The notes beneath the pieces were generated by a model. It saw only the letters and a list, made by a program, of their open reading frames with translations. It had not been told where the DNA came from and ran no database searches. Position numbers and translations under genes: made by a program. A DNA stretch of 63,987 bases, the filler included, from Octopus bimaculoides (lineage: Eukaryota): NCBI RefSeq assembly GCF_001194135.2. It is 4 parts of 4 records of this genome, joined end to end, with 100 filler letters (N's around TTAATTAATTAA, not from the genome) between each part and the next. Parts side by side here need not be neighbours in the genome. Positions count along the whole stretch, not along the records: positions 47,405 to 61,610 come from NC_068981.1; positions 61,711 to 63,987 come from NC_068984.1; 2 more parts are not named here. One strand, 5' to 3'. Position 1 is the first letter of the stretch. The number at the start of each line of letters is the position of its first letter. This document shows, in pieces, positions 53,958 through 63,987 of this stretch.

Positions 53958-54575
53958 GGCGCAGGAGTGGCAATGTGGTAAGTAGCTTGCTTACCAACCA
54001 CATGATTCCGGGTTCATTCCCACTGCGTGGCACCTCGGGCAAGTTTCTTCTACTATAGCCTCGGGCCGACCAAAGCCTTGTGAGCGGATTTGGTAGACGG
54101 AAACTGAACGACGCTCGTCGTATATATGTACATANNNNNNNNNNNNNNNNNNNNNNNNNNNNNNNNNNNNNNNNNNNNNNNNNNNNNNNNNNNNNNNNNN
54201 NNNNNNNNNNNNNNNNNNNNNNNNNNNNNNNNNNNNNNNNNNNNNNNNNNNNNNNNNNNNNNNNNNNNNNNNNNNNNNNNNNNNNNNNNNNNNNNNNNNN
54301 NNNNNNNNNNNNNNNNNNNNNNNNNNNNNNNNNNNNNNNNNNNNNNNNNNATGTTTGTGTGTCTGTGTTTGTCCCCCAGCATCACTTGACAACTGCTGGT
54401 GGTGTGTTTACGTCCCCGTAACCTAGCGGTTCGGCAAAAGAGACCGATAGAATAAGTACTAGGCTTTCAAAGAATAAGTCCTGGGGGCGATTTCCTCGAC
54501 TAAAGGCGGTGCTCCAGCATGGCCGCAGTCAAATGACTGAAACAAGTAAAAGAGTAAAAGAGAGTAAGAGTAAAT
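53958..54575 (+). mobile_element. SINE family B, full-length copy (central microsatellite contains a gap)
   Basis: Same head, core (GCGTGGCACCTCGGGCAAG) and tail as 49981-50610. Confidence 0.9.
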
Positions 54576-54949
54576 AGAAAGAATGAATTACTTCAAAATG
54601 CTTGATGAGCAGCGAACTTGCGATATATGTCATACAAATTCACTAATTATTGAAATATGGGAGATGGTTGGGGGTAGTGAGAGTTATTTATAAATATTAC
54701 GTCTACCGTAACGATGATCCCTATAATAAGAGCATGAATAACAAAAACGAACAGATATAAATAGGCGAATGGAACAACAGAGAATGGCAAACAACAATGG
54801 AAATAATATAATCAACAAAATGGCAGGCTGCAACTTATTCAACATCAATAACAGAAACACACTGATAGGAGCAGCAGCGTCAGCTTTGTTAGCAAAATCA
54901 GTAATATAAAAATAAAATAAAACAACTACAATAACTATGATATCAACAA

Positions 54950-55192
54950 TAACAAGGTCAAAAATAAAATTTGCGATGACGACTATGACGACAACGACGA
55001 CGACGATGACGACGACAGAAACAACAAAAATAAGCAATAAACAAAAAAAAACAAAAAAAAACAGCACAAACAGAATAATGATCTTAATGACCTTCTCAAT
55101 CTCGATTCATTTAACAATAGCTGTACTGTAGATTAGCATAACGGAAATAATGATGACGGCGACAACCACGACGATGGTCATACCGATAATGC

Positions 55193-55264
<72 letters not shown>

Positions 55265-55403
55265 CGACGACGAGAGGGAATGGCAATGATTATACTGACG
55301 ATGATAAAGATGGCGATGATAATGGTAAGGATGATCAAGGTTTCGATAATAATGATGAAAAGACGACAATGATAATGATGGTGATGATGATGATGAGGAT
55401 GAA

Positions 55404-55436
<33 letters not shown>

Positions 55437-55558
55437 AATGATGATGACAAGACGACAATGATATGGTGACGATGAAAACAACGAGGACGACGACGACTAC
55501 GACGACGACGACGATGATGATGATGGTGATGATGAAAATAATGATGATGAGGATGATG

Positions 55559-55590
<32 letters not shown>

Positions 55591-57259
55591 GATGATGACG
55601 ACGATGATGATGATAATGTAGTGGTATTGGTGGGTATAGCGGTGGGAATGGCAAAAGCTGCTATAAGGAAAACCCTATATAAAATTGCAGAAGANNNNNN
55701 NNNNNNNNNNNNNNNNNNNNNNNNNNNNNNNNNNNNNNNNNNNNNNNNNNNNNNNNNNNNNNNNNNNNNNNNNNNNNNNNNNNNNNNNNNNNNNNNNNNN
55801 NNNNNNNNNNNNNNNNNNNNNNNNNNNNNNNNNNNNNNNNNNNNNNNNNNNNNNNNNNNNNNNNNNNNNNNNNNNNNNNNNNNNNNNNNNNNNNNNNNNN
55901 NNNNNNNNNNNNNNNNNNNNNNNNNNNNNNNNNNNNNNNNNNNNNNNNNNNNNNNNNNNNNNNNNNNNNNNNNNNNNNNNNNNNNNNNNNNNNNNNNNNN
56001 NNNNNNNNNNNNNNNNNNNNNNNNNNNNNNNNNNNNNNNNNNNNNNNNNNNNNNNNNNNNNNNNNNNNNNNNNNNNNNNNNNNNNNNNNNNNNNNNNNNN
56101 NNNNNNNNNNNNNNNNNNNNNNNNNNNNNNNNNNNNNNNNNNNNNNNNNNNNNNNNNNNNNNNNNNNNNNNNNNNNNNNNNNNNNNNNCCACCACCACCA
56201 CCACCACAACCACCACCACCACCACCACCATAATCATCACGGCCATCACTGCCATCCCCGCTGCCACTGTCTCTACGACCGTCAACCTTAAGACCAACAT
56301 CAGCACTACTGCCAATTTCACAAGCACCACGGACACAAACCCATTACTACCACCATCACCACCACCACAAGAACTGAAACAAGTCCAACACCTTCATCGC
56401 ATACATATACACATACACATACACTCACACTCGCACAAACACACACACACACAGAGTCATACACATCCACCATTACTCCTACCACTGCAATCCCATCAAT
56501 TAACATTATCACTTCTGCTACCATCTTCCATGGTCAATAATATCATCACCGCCACCGGTGCCAAAACCACGTTGACGGCCACGATGACCACAATCATCAC
56601 CACCATCACCACACGACCACCTCCGCTGCTGTCACCACCGTAACCACCACCTCCACCACCACTACCAACACTATATCCTTCACTACCACCAACACCATCA
56701 CAATTTCCATCACCACCTCCACTACCATCATTACCTTCACCATTTTCACCACCGTCACCACTTCTACTACTACGATCACCACCATTACCATTTCTACCAA
56801 CACCACCACCACCACCATTTCTACCACTACTACTACCGCCACCATCACCGTTATCATCACAATAGCAAGGGCATTTAAACATTTTCTGACGAGCATATCT
56901 CTGAAACTACGACTTCTACTAATGGCCATTTTCCTCAATGACTACGACCAATATTACTACCACCGCCGCCACCACGACCACCAGCACCACCAGCATCTCC
57001 ACCGCTCCATCATACCATTATAGAACGTTCATGTGGTCGTTCGAAAGCATGAAATAGCAGCCACCTAGTTCACGTCTTGGAAAAAAAAAATCTACGAGAG
57101 AAAAGAACATGTCGGATATTTCAAAAACAAAAACGTGATTGTTGCGGTAGTAATACCTCGATGATGGCTGATAGCATCAGAACAACAACAACAACAACAA
57201 CAGCAGCAGCAACAACAACACCAACAGCAGTAATAATAATAATAATAATAATAATAATG

Positions 57260-57324
<65 letters not shown>

Positions 57325-57330
57325 AAGAAA
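54950..57330. repeat. Extended compound trinucleotide low-complexity domain (GAT/GAC, ACC, AAC/AAT/AAG)
   Basis: Seen directly; interrupted by a gap at 55695-56188. Confidence 0.85.
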
Positions 57331-57710
57331 TACTGCAACGATTATAACGACTACCATTAACACTGCACTTGCTCTATGGTTTCTTTCATTGTTTTTACCC
57401 AGCGTTCCATCTCTAATTCTAATCGGTATGAGGGGCGTACATGAACGACCGACTGCCGTTCGGTATAGTATTCTGAGTTACGGGGTGTGGGGTTAACAGT
57501 ACTGGGGGTGGTAGCTCTGTTGCAGAATGAGTGGTTATAGTGGTGATTATTGCGATAGTAGTGGTGGTACTACTTGTGGTTGCGGTGGTAGTACTGGTTG
57601 TGATAGTCGCAGTCTTGGTTATAAATCTCCTGGCTGTAGTGACTCATAGGTATTGCTGAAAGTCGAGTCTACAAAGATGGTGGTTATGATGGTGTTTATT
57701 GCGATGGAGT

Positions 57711-58080
57711 GGAGGCGCAATGGCCCAGTGGTTAGGACAGCGGACTCGCGGTTTCGATTCCCAAACCGGGCGTTGTGAGTGTTTATTGAGCGAAAACACC
57801 TAAGCTCCACGAGGCAAGGGCAGGGGATGGTGGTGAACCCTGCTGTACTCTTCCACCACAACTTTCTTTCACTCTTTCTTCCTGTTTCTGTTGTGCCTGT
57901 AATTCAAAGGGTCAGCCTTGTCACACTGTGTCACGCTGAATATCCCTGAGAATTACGTTAAGGGTACACGTGTCTGTGGAGTGCTCAGCCACTTGCACTT
58001 TAATTTCACAAGCAGGCTTTCCGAAGATCGGATCAACTGGAACCCTCGACGTCGTAAGCGACGGAGTGCCAACAACAACA
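57711..58080 (+). mobile_element. SINE family D, near full-length, (AAC)n tail
   Basis: A-box TGGCCCAGTGG, B-box GGTTTCGATTCC, GC-rich body, ends GGAGTGCCAACAACAACA. Confidence 0.8.
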
Positions 58081-59641
58081 TATTGCGATGGTGGTGGTAA
58101 CAGCGTTGGTGGTGTTGGTTAGTGCTTGTGATTGTGGTGGTGATGTTCATGTTTCCAGTTGTAGAAATATGTGTTAATGATTGTTGTTGTGTTGATAGAA
58201 GAGTTGGTTGAAAAGGAGAAAGGAGATTCAGGGAAGTAAGATTGATTAATGCTCCAATNNNNNNNNNNNNNNNNNNNNNNNNNNNNNNNNNNNNNNNNNN
58301 NNNNNNNNNNNNNNNNNNNNNNNNNNNNNNNNNNNNNNNNNNNNNNNNNNNNNNNNNNNNNNNNNNNNNNNNNNNNNNNNNNNNNNNNNNNNNNNNNNNN
58401 NNNNNNNNNNNNNNNNNNNNNNNNNNNNNNNNNNNNNNNNNNNNNNNNNNNNNNNNNNNNNNNNNNNNNNNNNNNNNNNNNNNNNNNNNNNNNNNNNNNN
58501 NNNNNNNNNNNNNNNNNNNNNNATGCATACATATGCATAAATAAGGTGCTTATACACATTGACAGAGAGAAGCTAACTCTAGCAAACACATATCAAATTA
58601 ATCAATACTGAAGAATACCCACACTTCGCCCGCGTGCACGCACACACACACACACACACACACGCACACACACACACACACACACACGCACTCACACACA
58701 TACATACACGCACACACACACTCATACACACGCATTCATATATACACATACACACAGTCATACACACTCGAATACACACATCCTCATGCACGTACACGCG
58801 CGCAAGAACACACATAGGTATACATATTTTTATCACATACTCACATGCACAAAGACCTACACTCAACCACATATACACAGTATAATGATATTTTACTCTC
58901 ATATACATACACACATAAGTGAGTAAAGCACGAAATCATGATTTCATTACTGTTTATATTAATTTAGAACTGTTATTAGTCACGCACTTACTCAACGGAT
59001 GTGAAAACATAAGATTTATTTTGTATTATTATTATTATTTTTGGAAGGATAAATAAATTTCTTTTGTCTATCAAGACTCTTACAATGCCTCATCGATGCC
59101 TTCAATGCGCTGTGAGATATCGATTTTAAGCCTTGCTTGAAGCAACGACCAAAAAGCGCTTATATTTCATTTTGAACCATGTTCAAAGCCTGCAAAATAT
59201 TTTGACGTCAATTCCCCCCCCCCCCTAACTGTTCACATTATTTGCCTCAAATTTAATAAGGCACAAAATAATCAATCAATCTATCATTCAGTCAATCAAT
59301 CACATAATCTATCAATCAACAGAAAGAGAAAGTGAGAGAAAGGGAGGGACATGGCGGAGAGAAAGACGGTCTGACAGAAATTCTTATTCCATAAAATCCT
59401 TCAGTCTTGATAATTCAACTCAGACATTAGCTGGAATAGGCCATCGTGTCAATTAAGCTATGTTTCTTTTATAAAGATGAAATAAAAATAAGAAAAAAGA
59501 ACATACAGAATAAAATTAATTCATAAAAATGAAATATAATAAAGAATAAAATAATATATAAAAGCAAAGAAAATTAATTGCTAAAATTAAAATGCGAATA
59601 ATCTCTATTTCTATTATCTTTGCTGTATTTACTATTCAAGA

Positions 59642-59678
<37 letters not shown>

Positions 59679-60732
59679 GAAAGTTTTGCAAGCGGATGTG
59701 TCTGAGAGAGTCTCGTGATAAAAGTAATTTTAGTACAAATTACTAATGGAAAACTGTTTTTTGTTCCAGTTTTCACTCTGGAGTGTTTAACAAAATACTT
59801 TCAGATTATTTTAACATTCACCTCATTTCCTAGAGTAGGAGAAATGTTCGCCTTAGATGCAGTTTCTTTTTCTCACTCTAATTTTTATTATTTTTATCTC
59901 TTTTCTTACAAACGGCCATTTGCTTTCTTTCTCTGTTGTAATGGTGACATCAAATATAGTAGCAGGAGAAACCCGTTATAGTGATAGAAACAGAAACGCG
60001 ACCCACCACCACAATATTTCAAATATCAAAACAGAGTATGAACAAAAATGAAAACAGACAATATGACAACTAAACAAACATACCGAAAAAACATTCATGC
60101 ATAAACATTTAAATTCACATATTGAAAAGCTCAAAACAGTGTTGAAAACGTTAATTTAAATCATAAAAGCAGTGTAAATAGTAGCTACGATACCACCACA
60201 AACAGCTCTTCTTTTACTGATGTCACAGGGAAATAGAGGATGTAAGCCGTCTCAAAAAAATATATAGAGGAGGTCTCTCTCTTTCTCTAGAGAGAGAGAG
60301 AGAGAGAAAGAGAGAAAGAGAACGAGAGGGAGAGGGAGGAGGAGAGAAGGTTTGGGGGAGAAAAGATAGAGATTACCTCGTTAAACAATGAGTATTCAAG
60401 AAAGGACAAAGAAGGAAGGTACATATTTCTGATTTACAAATAACAGAAGATTTCTATGTGCATGGACAAAATGTGACCCCCGTAGAGAAGCAGGGAAAAA
60501 TGGAAACGTATGCTCGTTTTTTGAAACTCAGGATAATGTGTAAAGATAGGAACGGGTTGTGCACAACACGCCAAATGTGTAAGAGATATACTTGGGTCAT
60601 GATCAAAGATATTAATGTAAACGTGGGCCATTGGGTCCTGGTTACTTTTAAGTGAAGTACGGGCAGGAAGTGATTTGATAAATTCAGCACTACAGTATGC
60701 GTTTCAAGAGAAGTTTTTAACAATGATAGATA

Positions 60733-60862
60733 CATACAGTCTACCCCCTTATGAAGGTGGTGAGCTGGCAGAACCGTTTGCGCGTTGGATAAAATGCTTA
60801 ACGGCATTTCTTCCGGATCAAATTCCGCTGGAGTCAACTTTCAACTTCATCTTCTCAGGATG
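60733..60862 (+). mobile_element. SINE family A, 5' half (degraded), fused to a 5.8S copy
   Basis: AAGGTGGTGAGCTGGCAGAACCGTT...AAATGCTTAACGGCATTTC...AAATTCCGCTGGAGTCAACTTT...TTCATC. Confidence 0.7.
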
Positions 60863-60863
60863 G

Positions 60864-61010
60864 GGATCACTCGGCTCGTTCGTCGATGAAGAGCGCGGCT
60901 ATCCGCGTGAACTGATACGAATTGCAGGACTCAGTGAACATCGACAACTCGAACGCACATTGCGGTCCCGGGATCCTATCATCCCGGGGCCCCGTCCAGT
61001 CGAGAGGTTT
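60864..61010 (+). pseudogene. Isolated 5.8S rRNA copy (orphon/retropseudogene) missing about the first dozen nt
   Basis: GGATCACTCGGCTCG, CGATGAAGAGCGCGGC (60884), GAATTGCAGGAC (60919) and TCGAACGCACATTGCG (60949) are the conserved 5.8S motifs in the correct order and spacing, followed by the GC-rich CCCGGG...CCCGGG hairpin. No 18S, 28S or ITS context. Confidence 0.88.
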
Positions 61011-61051
61011 CTTAAAAGAGTATACATATATATAACTATATATTATTCTGT

Positions 61052-61214
61052 GACGTAGGAGTGGCTGTGTTGTAAGTAGCTTGCTTACGAACCACATGGT
61101 TCCGTGTTCAGTCCCATTGCGTGGCATCTTGGGCAAGTGTCTTCTACTATAGCCTCGGGCCGACCAAAGCCTTGTGAGTGGATTTGGTAGACGGAAAACT
61201 GAAAGAAGCCCGTC

Positions 61215-61215
<1 letters not shown>
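61052..61215 (+). mobile_element. SINE family B, 5' half ending in (TA)n
   Basis: GGAGTGGCTGTGTTGTAAGTAGCTTGCTT...GAAAGAAGCCCGTCGTATATA. Confidence 0.9.
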
Positions 61216-61258
<43 letters not shown>

Positions 61259-61768
61259 GAGAATGTGTGTCTGTCTGTCTGTCTGTGTGAATCCCTAAAA
61301 CTCGAGAACTACGCAACCAATTTCATTCAAATTTTACACATGCCTTACTTAGGGTTCCAGTTGTGTTTTAGTCAAAAAAAAGAATTTTCAACTTCTTGCA
61401 GAGTTCGAGCACACGGCAACATGATATCTCCTCCACTATTTAAGTATTACGTGTCAAAAGTGAAACAAAAACACTCATGCCAAATACTTTCACTTTAAAA
61501 ATGAAACTATTCCACTAACTGAAACAATCACATTTCGATACTGTAGTGACAGATACTTTCACAGAGAGAGAAAGAGAGAGACAGAAAGAGAGAGAGAGAG
61601 AGATGTATATNNNNNNNNNNNNNNNNNNNNNNNNNNNNNNNNNNNNNNNNNNNNTTAATTAATTAANNNNNNNNNNNNNNNNNNNNNNNNNNNNNNNNNN
61701 NNNNNNNNNNTATAAGTTTATAGGTAGTATGATAAATAGATAGATAGATAGATACATACATACATACA

Positions 61769-61802
<34 letters not shown>

Positions 61803-61836
61803 GTTGGAGAGATAGATGGATAGATAGAAAGATGTG

Positions 61837-61908
<72 letters not shown>

Positions 61909-62894
61909 CACGCAGTTTTGCATATGACACATACATATAGACAAACAGTCATATATGTGCATGTAGGTGAGTGTGTGTGTTTGTCTGTGTATGTGTGTTT
62001 GTGTCTATTTGTCTGTTTGTGTGTACAGACATTCGTACATTGATATAATCATTCGTCTCTACACGTACATAAATATACGTTCATCGCTAATATTGTATAT
62101 CGCATCCAGTCTTCTGTGTTTGTCTACTAAAATGTGTTGGTAAATCATAGATCAACTCACATGACATCTAAACCTACGTAGTTATTATTTTAAATATCAC
62201 AACTACAAATTTGTTATATTCAACGTGGGTCTACAATTATTTAAGCAGGTGGAGCAATCACACAAATCCGCGCGTCTCCTGCCGATTGGCGCAAACATGG
62301 TGGAGCGGTTGTAGAGTTCGCTTAATAAGTCTTTGGTTTGGCCTCAGTGCATGGTACCTCGGTGTCTTTTATCATAGTCTGAGATTAATGAAAGCCTTGC
62401 GAGTAAGCAGAAACAGTGTTGTGTGGTTAAGTAGTTCTCTGGGCAAACATTTGATGACTTTCCAATCTTACTTTGCGGCACTGTTGGCAAGAGTTTTACT
62501 ATCAAAGCTTCAGATCTATAAATTCTTGTGAAAGAAATTTGATATTTGAAGATCCTTACGGAAGCTTTGTGGGTACCTGTCATACTCGTGGGTTTAGACA
62601 TAATCTTGATTATAATTAGTCATGACCAGCACGTAAACAAATGAGAATATAAATGCACACCCTCGTACAAACCTAATCCTAAGATTGGGGTTTCAAATTT
62701 TGGCCTGGATAACATATTGTGCTCTTTAAGGAGAAACTCTATTTCACAATGCTCCGGTTTCCAGAACTCTAACGAGTATATTCCGGCTACTGGTTCCGCC
62801 CTTTATCTCTCCCACATGTCATTTCCCGAGTGTTCCTCAGGGCCAAGGGAAAGAGGCCGAGAGAGTTTAGATATCTGTTCGTAACAAAGTCCAC

Positions 62895-63095
62895 CTCATG
62901 CTTCAGTCCTCGCTACAGTGTGGTGGTTTGTGTGCCTCAGTGACCCTGAGACCCATGTTAGCAGGGTGCAACCCCTGGCAGGGCCTCTCATGGTGAACAG
63001 GTCAAAGAATGGAGGTCAGATTAATATGAGCCACGCCTTTCCACAAGTAAAAATGGGTCTGCGTAGGACCAATAACTATTCCAAGCAAAAAAAAA
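62895..63095 (+). mobile_element. Possible RTE-type LINE 5' UTR fragment
   Basis: GC-rich GTGTGCCTCAGTGACCCTGAG...CCCCTGGCAGGGCCTCTCATG...CAGGTCAAAG...GGGTCTGCGTAGGACCAATAAC resembles RTE leaders as I recall them; no coding support. Confidence 0.35.
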
Positions 63096-63113
63096 AAAAG
63101 TAGAGTTACTGAT

Positions 63114-63426
<313 letters not shown>

Positions 63427-63429
63427 GTG

Positions 63430-63660
63430 TATTATCTAGGAATTCAATCAGGAGAGTTGCAGTTCACAAGTTTGGTGGCACATGATAGTAGATATTCTTT
63501 GACGTACATTCTTGGATTCAGTGGGCTCTGTGGAAAGGTGCTGAGTCTTTCTAGAACGCATATGAACTTCTGACGCGTACTTCACCCAACCAGGGCTTAA
63601 CTCGCTCCAGCGGTTGAACGTATCCAGCAGCAAAAGAATTGTCCTCTTTGAAAGCTATAA
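63430..63660 (-). pseudogene. Tc1/mariner-superfamily transposase fragment, decayed
   Basis: The minus strand reads AAGYVQPLERVKPWLGEVRVRSSYAF*KDSAPFHRAH*IQE...HVPPNL*, then NSPD in a shifted frame. This matches the 'VKPW...YVFQQDSAP.H' and 'WP.NSPDLNP' catalytic segments. Confidence 0.6.
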
Positions 63661-63939
63661 GAACTTTCAAGAATTCCTGTTTCTTGGAGATTATCACTTC
63701 CTCTCAGTTGGTGTTGCTATCACTGACCGTAAAACGGATTGGTCTACTCTGGAAGCGATGATAATTTGAATAAACTTATTCGGCGTTGCTGTTCAAATAT
63801 ACACTGTTAGTCTCTGGGAGTTATTTCTCAGACCTCATTCTCATTTCAATTACACCTACATAGTCAGACATACACAAACATATACGCAAGTCTCTTCATA
63901 CATACACGTTCATACACACACATAAACATGTACATACAC

Positions 63940-63987
<48 letters not shown>

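Noticed and set aside
60675-61058. 127-aa ORF
   Set aside because: It runs through a SINE remnant and the 5.8S copy, so it is a chance reading frame.

Overview
AT-rich, microsatellite-saturated animal genomic DNA with many N gaps. The SINE and LINE content looks like an octopus (coleoid cephalopod) draft assembly; this is inferred from recognising the repeats, not from a database match. I found no credible host protein-coding gene, and almost every ORF in the track is a microsatellite or N-gap artefact. Real content: (1) at least four dispersed tRNA-type SINE families with many copies; (2) a 5'-truncated RTE-type LINE (34545-36811) nested in a SINE; (3) a decayed near-complete mariner (~31305-32400); (4) a decayed R4/Dong-like non-LTR element (~43630-45700); (5) a frameshifted gag/ORF1-like gene with a CCHC knuckle and no adjacent pol (19560-21340); (6) a C2H2 zinc-finger remnant; (7) a Tc1/mariner fragment; (8) an isolated 5.8S rRNA copy fused to a SINE 5' half; (9) several palindromic elements. 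The best candidate for an undescribed system is a SINE family with a tRNA-like head, an (AAT)n spacer and a tail that folds as a minimal, Penelope-type hammerhead ribozyme. It has three tail copies here, two of them in an inverted dimer, and two further unrelated hammerhead-like motifs occur elsewhere in the window.
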